From Flaccisagitta enflata (Eukaryota), in contig OZ231126.1 of NCBI GenBank assembly GCA_965153355.1, positions 9,486,001-9,550,000 of the forward strand: a stretch of DNA of 64,000 bases, in the 5' to 3' direction. This document shows, piece after piece, positions 46,247 through 59,509 of this stretch (positions are counted from its first letter, which is position 1; each line of letters begins with the position of its first letter). The notes under the pieces are model-generated. The model worked only from the letters and a program-made list of their open reading frames with translations. It did not search any database and was not told the DNA's origin. A program made the position numbers and the translations under genes.

Positions 46247-49200
46247 TTTTTTATACAACCAAGCATAAATGTATCACCTCCCTCTTGTGTTGGAGACGCA
46301 TTCAGCCATCAAAAAAAGTTCGCGGTCCGATCAATGGATCAATGATAAATAGTAGTCCTGAGTCCGTAAGTTGGTACCAAAGTCGTAAACATGTAAGGCG
46401 CAGGCTGGAGGCTACAAACGAAATGACTAGAATCTAAAACAGGTACGGTAATAAATAGTATAGTCAGTCAGTTAGTATTGAGTCAATTAAATATTCAACG
46501 GAATGAGAATAAATAGCTATTCTAAGTGACTAGAAGTTCAACCAGGCACGGAAATAAATAGTAAAGTCAGTCAGTAGTGAATTGTTCAAATACTTAACGA
46601 AGCGAGAATAATTAGCTATTCTAAATTCGTCCATTTAAGGAATCAACCATAATGGGCAAGGCCCTTGAAACTGGAAAGGAACACGAGAATAAATAGTTAA
46701 GTCAGTCAGTCGTCATTAAGTCTTTTAAATAAGCAGCAAAAGAACGCAGGAATAAATAAATAGTCCAGTCAGTAGTGAGTGAGTCATTTAAGTAACCGCC
46801 AAAACGATAACAATCAGCTAGTCTAAAATCGTATACTCGAGGAATCAAAAAATTTTGGGATAGGCCCTTGAAACTGGATGGCAAAAATCTAGTAAAAAAT
46901 GGAATCTGGAATCTGGAAGAGAGAAGTTATCTCTGTCGGTGGACAGAGTCTGAGACTTACAGGTGAAAACCGTAGATGAAAACGAAGCAAAAAAGATCAC
47001 TGAGACCCCATGCATCCCTGTTTCTCAGTCGGTAGACTGAGGTGGAGATTTAATAGATAAAAATGCTGGATAGTAACCACAGGCAGCGAGATCATATGCA
47101 TCCCCGTATCTCTGTCGGTAGACAGAGGTGGAGATTTAATGGGTAAAAATAACGTAAAGAAAGGAGCCACGGCGGCGGTCATGTCAACCCCTAATAGCCA
47201 GGCGCCAAAAAGCCCAAACATAAGGGGGCAGAATGGCCCCCAAAGCCACAAAACCAGCAGGGCCACCTTGTGACCCAGTCCAAGACACCCAGGGGCCCTA
47301 CGCATTGCAGGGGCCCCGCCATAATAAAAAGAACCCCAGGGGGGATACGAAGGACACCAGCACACCAGGAGGCAACAAAGCCCCCATTTCAAGCACACGG
47401 CCACACCAGCAAGGGGCCCTGCACAAGCAAAGGCCCCCCCACAGACAAGCAAGGGCAGGCACAGGGACGGACCGAGGCAAAAGAGAAAAAGAGAGAGCAA
47501 AGCCACAGAAGGCCCAAAGGTGGGCCCCCATATCACGAGCCCAAAAGACAGGCGGCCAAACGGCCACAATCAGGAAGGGCAGAAAGCCAAAAAAGAGGCA
47601 GAGCCAAACGGCACACAAAAGAGCAGAGCACAGAGCCAAGGAGCCCAAAACGTGGACCCAATGGCAACAAAAGAACCAAAAAGACCCAAGAGGGTAGGGC
47701 AAACAGAGCCAAAAGGCACAAAACACACAAACGCCCAGAAGAGGGCCAAAAAGCCCCAGGGACAGCCCAAAGGGCCCCAACACAACAAAAAAGACCAAAA
47801 GGGAGCAGCGCAAGCACAGCCAAAAGGCACAAAGGGGCAAAGACGCCCAGGGGAGGACCAAAGGGCCCCAGAAAGAGCCAAAAAGGCCCAACCGTGACAA
47901 AAAAAGCCAAGAAGGGCAGGGCAAGCAAAACCACAAGGCACAAGGGGCAAAGACGCACAAGGAGGGCCAAAGGGCCCCAAGAAGAGCCCAAAGGGCCCAA
48001 CACAACAAAAAAGAACCAAAAAGGCCAAAGCCAAAAGGCCAAATGGCACAAGGGGCAAAAATGCCCAGGGGGAGGGCAGAGCCAAAAAGCCAAAAGGCAC
48101 AAGGGGCAAAAATGCCCAGGGGGAGGGCCAAAGGGCCCAATATTACAACAGGGACAGCCAGAAGGGGAAGACTACCAAGGCGGTGGGGGGCATTGCGATC
48201 AATCAAAAAGATCCCAATACCAATATCCCACCCCCTCTGCTAATCCACACCATATAACGGTGCCCCCCTCCAACCGACCCAGCAAGCCGGCCACTAGGAC
48301 GCGAGACTCGAATAATGCCACACTTCCCTCGAGTCTCGCAGTGTACCACTCCTCCACCAACTCTTTCTTGAGACTATGGAGAAAGTGGGACCAGATCCGA
48401 TCCACAGTTTCTCCAAAGCCTCCTGCTCTCACAGCTCTAAGGGTCATCACCGCTGATCGGAGGGTAAAACCCAGTCTGTTACGTAAAACTGTCCCCCTAT
48501 CCCTTCCATCCCTGCCCAGGGCCATTTCCACCACTTCCACCATTCCCCCTCCTCCCAACGCCTCCATCTCTACACCCAGCTTTCCCCACAACTCCTTAAC
48601 TATCGCACACTCCGTCACCATGGCCACCTGCTCCTGGCCCATTGCCCACACAACGAACAAGCCCCATCCCCTCTGGCAATATAAGCATAGGCCATGTATG
48701 CAGTCCAAAAATTCAGGTTAAGTTGCCTCCAGACTTGGGATCTCACTTTGAAAGAACAATTTGACTCGTGTACTCTCTTCCAAATATCCATCCATGTCAC
48801 TGTCACTCCTAGTGCCTGCTCCCACTTTTCTTCAAAATGTCTAGGATTGTCCACCTTGGCTCTAAAGCTGAGGTAGAGCTCTTTGAAAGAGGCCAACCTC
48901 ACATCTTTATCGCCAGCTGGACCTGACAGAATATAGTGGGGTCGGTCACTTAGAGGGACAGGGGGGATTCTTTGTCTGAGGTACACCAGTTCAAACCATT
49001 GCTCTCTTGTAAGTCCCAGGCCTGAAAGACTCTGTGCTGTCCCCACTCTTAGGATGCCCTTGCGGGTCATCCAGGGTTTGGGTGTTAAAGGGAGGCCTGC
49101 CTCATTGGTTATCATGTGGTTATGAAAAATATGGTCATGTCCTAGCTTACCCAACCCACCTTGTGCCCTAACGGTTAGCATGGACCAAGCTTTTATTGCC

Positions 49201-50376
49201 TCCCAGTAAAAACCACCAGGGGCCATGGTACTCCCTGCAGTTCTTGAGCGCAGCTTCAGCTGCCCCAAGTCTGCTTGGAGGACCTCTAGCCCATGGTAGC
49301 CTGCAGCATGACTGCCAATCAATTCTCCCGCCAATAGCCTGGGAAAGGAATCCCAGGGCATTGTCAGGAGCTTAGCCAGGCATGCTACTCTCTGGGCCCA
49401 CACCTTGTCCCTAACGTCCACCAGTTGGGCACCTCCTAGGCCGTATGAGTCCCTTAGCCTTGCTGCCGACACCTCCGGTCTACCTCTAAAGACCCAAGCC
49501 GCCACCTGTCTTTCTACCTCCTGGTACCCTACGGCGCCGGCAATATCAGGCAAGGGGGGAAAGATTGCGGTCCTATACCACAGCCTTGAATTGAGAAACA
49601 TGTTCGCCACCTTGACCTTGCCAAGCTCGGACAGTGGACGACAACGCCACGCCCTTAATTTGGCCAAGATGGAGACATAATGCTCCTCAAAATTCGCAGC
49701 TGCAGCAGTAGAGTCCCCAATCCATACCCCCAGCACCTTCATGCGAGTGCTTTTCCAGGTGAAGCCATAAGGATTGTCTCCTCTGCCTCTCCACCTACCT
49801 AGCCATAACCCCTCTGTCTTCTGCTGATTCAATCTGGACCCCGAGGCACGCTCAAAGAGACGTATCTCGCTCAAGAAGGCACCCATTGACCCCACCGTTG
49901 ACACGAAAACTTGCGTGTCATCGGCAAACCCACCTACCTTCTTCTCCGTCCCTGCAACTGTAATCCCTCTAATGTTGGAGTTCCTCCTTATCTGACTTGC
50001 CATGACCTTGGCCCCCATAACATAAATGTGGCTGGACGGAGAATCCCCCTGCCGGTTTCCCCTCCCAATTTGTACCAAATCACTCATCTCCCCATTAACC
50101 AGGACCCTGCTGTAGACCCCACTATAAAAGATCCTAACCCATTTGACAAAATCATCCCCATATCCCATCTTAGCCATAACCCGGAGCATAAACCCATGTT
50201 CCACCCTGTCAAAGCACTTTTCCTGATCAAGAAACAGCACGGCACCTTCGGTGCCAGTGCTGTCATAATACTCGACAACATCCCTCAATATGTGGATGTT
50301 GTCGCCGATGTAACGCCCAGGCACACAGGTTTGATCCTCATGTATCAGCTCAGGCAAAACAGCTGCCATGCGTCTT

Positions 50377-51681
50377 CACACATCTCTGGATACCCCCCCA
50401 AAGAGAATCGAAAATACCATTTTTTCTGACTGTGCTATTTGTCTTCAGGAACATGTGGGCTACTAAAAAAAACAAAAAAAATTCTTTTGAAATTTTTCAT
50501 TTATTTACTTTTAGGTAAAAAAGGCATTTCAGCACTTTTTAAGCAAAATTATTCATGCAACAGAAAATCAAAAAAATACTGGAAATGTATGGCAATAGAT
50601 AGAATATACAGGTTTTTACCCTTCATAAACAGTTTTTTTAAATATCATACAGATTAGAGCTTAAAAATAGCCTAAAAATGATAAAATATGGCTTTTTTCA
50701 GTATTTTTCAGTCTAAATTTGTTTTTACAGTATTTCAACTCCCAAAAAATCCTAGAAAAGTGTAGTAGTAGTCTGAGCTTAACTACTTTTACCCTGAACA
50801 TTCAGTAAATTTTGATTTTTTTAGGTTTAAGGTTAAAAAATAACTAAAAAATAGCAAAATATCATTTTTTTAAGCATTTTAACGCAATTAATTATGCACT
50901 TTTAAAAAGCCAAAAAAATACTGGAAATGTGTGGCAATAAATAGAATATACATATTTTTACCTTTCACAAAAAGTTTTTTTAGATATCTTAAAGATTAAA
51001 GTTTAAAAATAGCGTAAAAATGCCGAAATATGGCTTTTTTCAGTATTTTTAAATCTCAAATTTTTTAAAACAGCATTTCAACATGTATATTCTATCTATT
51101 GCCACACATTTCCAGTATTTTTTTGGATTTATAAAAGTGTATGAATAATTATTTGCTTTAAGATGCTTAAAAAAACAATATTTTGCTATTTTTTAGCTAT
51201 TTTTTAACTCTAAACCTAAAAAAATCAAAATTTACTGATTGTTCATTGTAAAAGTAGTTAAGCTCAAACTACTACTACACTTTTCTAGGATTTTTCGGGA
51301 GTTAAAACGCTGTAAAGACAAATTTAGACTAAAAAATACTGAAAAAAAAATATATTTTGTCATTTTTAGGCCATTTTTAAGCTCTAATCTGTATTATACT
51401 TAAAAAAACTGTTTATGAAGGGTAAAAATGTGTATATTCTATCTATTGCCATACATTTCCAGTATTTTTTTAGATTTTCTAAGTTGCATGAACAATTTTA
51501 TGCCTAAAAAGTGCTAAAAATGCCCTTTTTTTACCTAAAAAGTGAAATAAATGAAAAAATTTCAGAAGAATTTTTTTGTTTTTTGTTTTTTTTAGTAGCC
51601 CACGTGTTCCTGAAGACAAATAGCACAGTCAGAAAAAATGGTATTTTCGATTCTCTTTGGGGGGGTATCCAGAGATGTGTG
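50377..51681. mobile_element. Non-autonomous Chapaev-type fold-back element inserted in the LINE RT
   Basis: TCTT|cacacatctctggatacccccc ... ggggggtatccagagatgtgtg|TCTT: CAC/GTG ends, 4-bp TSD, and arms complementary over ~600 bp. Confidence 0.88.
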
Positions 51682-52512
51682 TCTTGCTATAGTTTTGCTG
51701 ATAATTTTATAATCAGCATTGACTAAGGATATGGGCCGGTAATTTCAAACATCCAAACGGTCACCCTTTTTATAGAGCAACCTTATGATAGCCTTAGCCA
51801 TAGACTTAGTCAGCTGACCACTGCTGTAGATATGATCCACCACCATTTTGAACAAGTCGCACACATCACCCCAGAACACCTTCCAAAATTCAGCAGGAAA
51901 GCCTTCTGACCCAGGCGACTTTCCATTTTGGAGGGTTCTGAGAGACTCCCCGAGCTCTCGCACAGTCACCACCGCATCACACCGTTCACGGGAGGTGTCC
52001 AAAAGTGTCTTTGTCAATGAGCCCAAGGCTTCGTCACGTGCTTGGTCATCGTCACCCTGACTAGTAAACAGGTCCGTATAAAACTCGTGTGCTATGTTTA
52101 GTACTCCTTCAGTGCCATATCTAACTCTCCCCTGGCTGTCTTTCAATGCGTATATCAGGTTCCTACCTGAAACTGATTTCTCCATCCTGCTGATATACGC
52201 AATCCCGGGCTCTTTCCCTTCAAAATTTGGCACCCTTGCCCTTACCCTGCACCCCTCCGCCCTCCGTGCCTCCTCCTTTTCCAACAAGTGGTAGATCCTC
52301 TTCAATTCCTCCCCCGCCTGCTCCTCCTCTAGGCCATACATCACCCTGGTCTCTAACTCCTCCTTTTCACGCAACAAAGCCGACACATACCACTTTTCTT
52401 GCACTCTTTCTCCCTACTGTACTGCACCGCTTCCGTTTTCAGGGAGAACTTGAAGTGGTCCCACCACTCTCCTGGGTCCTGCCATTCCTGCCACTCCTTG
52501 TCCTGTTTGACC

Positions 52513-53049
52513 CAGGCCTGAGCGATTGTATTGTGTATTGGTATTGGGTTTACAATATTCTTGTGTATTGGGTTTTCCCAATACATGTAGCTCATTTTGT
52601 AATTTTTCCAATACAATACAATACTACCCAATATTACAAAAAAATTGATCTGAGGAGAGTAAAATATATGAGAAAAGACTGAATGAGATGAAGAGGAAGA
52701 GGAAAAACATTCAAAGGTCTGAGGGAGAATAAAAGAAGTGGAGAAGGTAAACATAAAGGAAGAAGAGGAGAATTTGCTGAAAGTAAAAATGGGTAAGAGT
52801 CAAAAATAGGAAGAGGAACTTATGAGAGTCAAAAATAGGAAGAGGAACTTATGAGAGTCGAAAATAGGAAGAGGATTTTATGAGAGTTTAAGTGGGTTGG
52901 GAATATAGACAAAGAGGAAGAAGAAGAATAAGAATCTATGAGGGTAACAATAAGTAGTTAGAAGCTGAATGGATGAAGAGGAGGAATAGGAAGAAGAGTA
53001 AAAATATACAGGAGAGCAAAAATCTACAGGAGAGTAAAAGAGAGAAAGA

Positions 53050-53085
<36 letters not shown>

Positions 53086-53120
53086 CAGAGACAGACAGAG
53101 ACAGAGACAGAGACAAAGAC

Positions 53121-53171
<51 letters not shown>

Positions 53172-53568
53172 GATTATGAAGAAAAACACAAACAAACATA
53201 CAAAAAATAGAGAAAAAAAAAAACAAGAACCAGATAGATCAAAACAGAAACAAAAAAATAAATGTAAAAAAAAAGAGAAATAATAGGAAAAATTTTATAT
53301 ATCATTGTCAAAATCATTATGTTTTTTTTCAATTAGTTATCAGAAGACCATTTAACTATAATCATTTCTAATATATATTACTACTTATTGTCAAAACTAT
53401 ATAGTTATGTAAATATTGTATTGTATTGTATTGTATAAAATAGTGATGTATTGTATACAACTTTAATAGATATTGTATTGTATTGGTATAGTATTGTATT
53501 GTCCCAATACTTCAGAGTATTGTATTGGTATTGTATAGTTGACAAAAATGCTATATAGCTCAGGCCTG
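52513..53568. mobile_element. hAT-like MITE inserted in LINE ORF2
   Basis: 8-bp TSD GTTTGACC (52505-52512, 53569-53576), TIR caggcctgagc/gctcaggcctg, and subterminal (gtatt)n repeats. Confidence 0.85.
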
Positions 53569-55723
53569 GTTTGACCTCCCTGATTCTACCCCTTACAAGT
53601 TCAATGAAAGACCGGTCTTTCAACAGGCTTGCATTGAACTTCCAATATCCCCTCCCTACCTCTATCTGCTCATCGATCTCTAACTCTCCCAACCTGTGCC
53701 CTCCTTCTTCTCCCAGTACTCGCAGGTACTGGCACCCTTTAACCCTCCCTTCTAGCTCACCACTTACATAAAACCTATCTATCCTACTCCTTGCCTGGCC
53801 CACGAAGGAATACTCCCTATCATCTGGATGTAAGAGTCTGTAAGGGTCAGAAAGTTCAAGTCCACTAATGATCGTCCCCAGCTTTGCCCCTTGTCTCACG
53901 TCATACCCATTCATCCGCTCAGTGTCCCTGTCCCTTGGGTCCGTCACAAAGTTGAAATCCCCCATTACTACCGTCGGGACCATGCTATCCACGGCCCCTT
54001 CAATCTCACCCAACCATTCCCGGCGACCCACAGGGTAGCCATACACCACCACCAGGTCAAAAACGGACCCATACACCAAACTCCTGACTCTAACAGCCAG
54101 GACTCTGCCACCAAGCATAACCCGCTCCGCCTCAACCTCATACTCCCGTGAGATTACCAAAGCCACACCCGCATACGCATCACCCAAATCTGGTGGAGAA
54201 CATATCACAGTATAACGCTCAGCAATATCACAAAAAGCCTGACAGAAATCCTGCATGCTCTGACAATGAGTCTCCTGCAGTGCCAAAGCAACCACATCAC
54301 TATTGGCGGAGAGAAAAGACAGGAGCCAGTTGCCCTTCATCTGGCCCCTGGCTCCCCTCTTTAATCCCTCCGTGTTATAAGTAAAAAACCGCATGTTGCG
54401 GCAACAAAAAAACAGGAACAAAACACACAGGCCCCCATATCAGCGGGGCCCCCCAAAACAAGCGCCAAGAGGCGGCCCTGCACAAACAGGGAAAAGCGCG
54501 CACAAAGCAGAAAGAAAAAACAAAACAAAAAAAAAACAAAAAACAAAAAACAACAAGAGCAGCAAGGAACAGAGAAACCGCACCGAAAGATAAGGGAAGC
54601 AGCCAAAAGGAAGAGAGAGAGAGAGAGAGAGAGAGAGGAGGTAGTTGCACTCAAGCGAGACCCACTCATTCGTTCGTGCGCACTGAGCGAGCAAGGAGCG
54701 AACGAGCAATGAGAGGGTTCCTCTCATTCTCCTTGCTTTCGCGGAAAAGGGAGAGGGCTGGGAGAGTTGGAGCAGTTTGGAGGCGAAGATTAGGAGCATC
54801 AGGAGCCCCTCAGCTAAGTTTAGCGCTGGTTGGGAGCGAAAACCCAGCTTAGGAGTGAGTATGCTTTATGAAAAAGGGCTGAAGAGACCTCAGGTACTGA
54901 GGGACTCACAGACAGACATACCCTATTATAGACGAGCTTCAGTTTCTATAAAAACAGATCTTTCCCAGGTGTCAAGAAAACATTTCTAATATAAACTTGG
55001 ACAGCCATTATCTCATCCAAAATTTAACACCTGTTGAACAATATTTTGTTAATAATTTGTTAACAGGTGTCCTTCAGCACAAGGGGCACTGGGTTATGAT
55101 ATTGTTGTGGAAGCGTGGGCAGGAGCATAGAACCCTGATCCATACCCTCACCAACAAAGAAAACCATAACTGCAGCATCATGCATGCACATTTTCACACT
55201 TTTCTACTCAATCATCATGGACCAACGGACCAACGGTCAAATGTACAGTCAGTTGAATCACCAAAGCCATTATAGAGGCCATTTGTGAGAGTTTTGTCCA
55301 GTGGTTTCCATGGTATTCTGCGCCTGATCTTTTTTGTGAACAAAGCTCTCCCATGATTTTTTAAGAAAACTATAAGTAGAAAAGTCTTTCAAAATAAAGA
55401 AAGTAAACGAGCGCGAGAAAAGCTTACCGTAAGAACCGTCCAAAACTATTTTCTAATCTATCTTCTGTTTGAAAATCAAAAAAATGTTTGACCTAAACAT
55501 TTGTGAAAGTGCTGGGTATTACCCCATTCCTAAGCTCTTGCAGTGAAACGATTTCTTGCTCATGCCGTTGCCTGTTTGTACAAGTTCAAATATAAATACA
55601 AGTACAGAAACTAATGACTAATCCTCTATCCACACTTCCCAGAAAAAAAAATACATCAAAATCATCGTCATCGATAGAAACGATCGCAGTTCCTTTTTGG
55701 TCAATCTGACTCGCTATTGTCAG

Positions 55724-57509
55724 GTAGAGAAAAACAAAAAAGGGACGTCAGAGCTGATTCCAAGGATATTGAGAAGCTAGAAGGGAGTAACATTTACCTT
55801 CTTCTTTTTCTTCTTCTTCTTCTTCCTCATCCTCTTCTTCAACTTCTTCTTCTTCTCTTCTTCTTTTTTCTTTTTTCTCCTCTCCTTTTTCTTCTTATTT
55901 TTGACCAACCAACCACCTGACCACCTGACCAACTGACTGATGGACACAACCTCTTATTGATGTGCGTTGGCGCACATAAAAAAGGAAAAAAGAAAGTATG
56001 AAAAAAAGCATGAAAGAAAAAAGGTGAAAAAAAGAAAGATGGAAAGAAAACAATGCCGGATACACGGCTACCGAAGTCGCGTGCGGGTGGGCATGGAAAG
56101 AAAGAGGGACGAAATGAAAGAAAGAGAGAAAGAAATAATGAAAGAAAGAAATAATGAAAGAAAGAAAAACATTCCGAAAGAAAAACACGGAGAAAAAAAA
56201 AAATCTGGAAGAAAGAATGTATAAACGAGCGCTTGAGGGACCAGCATGAACATGTCTAAGTTCAAGTCATAGAAGATTAGCATGAACACATCCAAGGACA
56301 GCGGGAACATGTCTCAGACGAAAGTGGCCTGACACCACTTGGCAAGAAGACCCTCGTGAACACACCCACTCAAAATGTAATGCACCACAGAGTTAAATTG
56401 TGTTTTACTACTTGTGTTTTATGATTTGGTACTGTCAAAAGTTATGTTTTCCCCAAATTTCCTTTTTTTGTCTTTTTTCCCCCTTTAATTTCCTTCCCCA
56501 TCTGTACATTTTGTCAAAGTGCCAAATCTCAAGTTCGGAGCTGATCTAGAATAGATTCTGTAAAAGCTAGTCGTCCAAGGTTTGCACATGGTCAGCGTTA
56601 CCCAATGCCCTGCTTGGAGTGATTTAATAAAGTAGTGAAGTGAGAGCAGGGCAGCGGCCCCAAAGGGCCGATGTCCTGGAGGACACAGGGGGAATTTCCA
56701 GACGTCCTGAGGGGGAATTTATCAGGCCTAAGAGTTAATTAAAGCAGGATTTGAGGTCTGGGGGGAGGATTATAGGCCTGAAGAATAAATTTGAGGTCTG
56801 GGGGCAGGTTTGAGGTATTAGGGGCAGATTTGAGGGCTGAAACGCTGATTTGAGGTCTGTAGAGCAGATTTGAGGCCTGGAGAGATGATTTGAGGCTCGC
56901 TCGCTCCATTCATGGGGTCACCCACTCACTTTGCACACTCCTTCTTGGGACGGTTGAAATACATATGAGTTCACACAAATGTGTTTTGGTCGTCACTAGA
57001 AGCACATCCTATGTTGGTTTTTCGGTTGCTCGGTAAGTCGGTAAGTCGGTAATGAAGAAGAAGAAGAAGAAGAAGAAGAAGAAGAAGAAGAAGAAGAAGA
57101 GAAAGAAGAAGAAGAAGAAGAAGAAGAAGAAGAAAGAAGAAAAGATAAAGACAAAGAAAAAGTTACCTCATTTCTCAATGGCGAGTCAGCTTTATCGTAA
57201 AAAAAAACCAAATTGAATGTATCAATGATGAAATGACAAACTAACAAGGTCAGAAAGGCGATTTGGATTTTAAGGTGTGACAAAGCACCTCTATAACTGG
57301 ATGTGTCTGTTGGTCGGTTGGTCTGTTGATCGGTAACGCATTCGATCGACGAACCTAATGGCCAATTTGACCTTGTTCACATTTCACAGTGACGATCATC
57401 CTTTCTCCCTGAGCATCAGATGTTCAAGCCGTTCAGATCACGAAAAAATAATCGATATTTTTAAGCGGCAAAAGAATCGATGGCAAGCAGATGATGAGGA
57501 AGAGGAAAG
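55724..57509 (+). CDS. Candidate small linker exons of gene 2 (55724-55786; 57437-57509)
   Basis: AG/GT-bounded purine-rich open segments (REKQKRDVRADSKDIEKLEG; HEKIIDIFKRQKNRWQADDEEEE). Phasing onward to 62431 is not resolved and further small exons near 61580-61740 are possible. Confidence 0.35.
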
Positions 57510-58160
57510 GTAATTGAAGGAATGAATTGAGATGATTGACCCGTACAGTTTCACGCATCTGACTGAATGTATTTATAGATGAACAAAAGTATGAAATGAA
57601 ATGAATGAATGAATGAATAAATGAATGAATGAATGAATGAATGAATGAATGAATGAATGAATGAATGAATGAATGAATGAATGAAGGAAGGAATGAAGGA
57701 AGGAATAAAAGAATGAATTAATGAAGGAATGAATGAGTGAATAAACAAACAAATGAATGAAAGAACGATTTTTGAGTGAAGGAATGAATAAAAGAATGAA
57801 TAGTTTGATCGTTTTTAGTTGCGGACACGCAAGACTATAAAAGGCTTTGTTCCTCCGTCCGTCCATCCGTCCATCCGTCCGTCCGTCTGCCCGTCCGTCT
57901 GTTGGTTGGTTGGTCCGTCCGTCATGGTGATCGAGTTGGAAAATGTGAAAACATGCATTTTCGCCCCTGCCCACCCGTCCGCAACTGGTATTGGCCGTGT
58001 ATCCAGCCTTGCTGATGTATCTTTTGTTTCGCCCTTTACTTTTGATTCATTTTTCTGGTTCATTCTTTACTTAGTCGCGTAATAAGCGACTTAAAAAGAT
58101 GAACTTCTAAATACCTATTTCACGATTGAAACCTCAACGTCTTTGGTAGTAACATTAATC

Positions 58161-58247
<87 letters not shown>

Positions 58248-59509
58248 TTGTTGTTGTTGTTGTTGTCATGTCGAAGCTTTTTCAATAGTCGAGCTCTCTC
58301 TGATAAGGATGATCAATTATCGATGATCTTTATCGATGATGGCGATGATGGCGATGACGACTGTTACAAATTCTGAGTCAATAAACATTTTCCATTGTTC
58401 TGTCTTGGGCCGTGGAACTTGGAACATGGGATGGAAGGATACTAGTGCAAACTAGATGTTAGATAACACGGCCAGATACATGGCTACCCCATTCGCGTGC
58501 GGGTGGGCAGAGACCGTATTTGAGATCACTTGATCATTTGGGCGGGGTCACAATATCGTTGCGGAGAGGTAGGCCTCATCTACACCCCAACCCACCCCCA
58601 AAACTCAAACACACAACAGGTCGCCCAAGGGCAACACGTGGTCAGCGATACCCGCTGCCCTGCTTTGTATGGTTGTAAATCGGAATCAAAGGCAGGGCAG
58701 CGGCCCCAAAGGTGACGAAGTCCTGTAGAACACAAGGGACTTTCATTCGTTTGTCGTCCGTCCATCCAGCCGTCCGTCCGTCCGTCCGTCCGTCCGTCTG
58801 TCGCCCAAGGGCAACACGTGGTCAGCGATACCCGCTGCCCTGCTTTGTATGGTTGTAAATCGGAATCAAAGGCAGGGCAGCGGCCCCAAAGGTGACGAAG
58901 TCCTGTAGAACACAAGGGACTTTCATTCGTTTGTCGTCCGTCCATCCGTGAATTCAACATGTATTCTTTTCCTTTTTTTACTTAAAACTATTTAGTCCCT
59001 AATTCTCTCTTGTGAGGATGATTGATGATTGATGGATTTTATTGATAATGGCAATGACATTGCCATCAGCTGTGGCAAATAATCAAAGGAAACTCAGTCA
59101 TTTAGTCAATTTAGCCATTTCAGTCGGCGCTGAGTTAAGAACCATTGCGTGATAGTGATGTTTCATCATTGGTAAAGAATCATCAGAATTTCCAGCATTG
59201 TGCTCAAGTTTTTGAGACAGTGAATATGCATGAAGTTCAGAAAAAAACAATGTTTTTTTGACAACTGCAAATGTGGCATCGCTTTACTTATATATGTAAA
59301 ATTTAGATACCAAAATGTGACAAAGTTCCGAAATCTCATGTCGTCTAATCTAGGCAGTCAACATTAGAGTAGTATCCCAGACGAAGTTGCCCTAAGACTG
59401 AGGCTCTAGTTTTTAGTCGCGTGCACGCGACTCTACAACCCGCTCTGTCGGTCGGTCGGTCGGTCCGTCGGTCGGTCGGTCGGTCGGTCGGTAACACTTT
59501 GCTTTTTTG

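Larger units (their letters stand above)
48199..54394 (-). pseudogene. ORF2 (APE endonuclease plus RT) of a Tx1/L1-clade non-LTR retrotransposon, disrupted by two MITE insertions, a stop and frameshifts
   Basis: ATG at 54394 (MRFFTYNTEGL), LQETH, GDFN, SRIDRFY, GRGYWKFN; KSPGSEGFPAEFW; NYRPISLVNADYKI; LDQEKCFDRVEH, RQGDSPS, FADD; C-terminal CSLCG. Removing the insertions at 52513-53568 and 50377-51681 restores IREVKQDKE and KTIARRMAA. TGA at 51745-51747; frameshifts near 52410 and 48620. Confidence 0.9.

Noticed and set aside
47233-48721. 483-aa Lys/Gly/Pro-rich plus-strand ORF and overlapping ORFs
   Set aside because: They derive from T-poor low-complexity LINE 3' sequence and the antisense of ORF2; all frames are open and there are no domain motifs.
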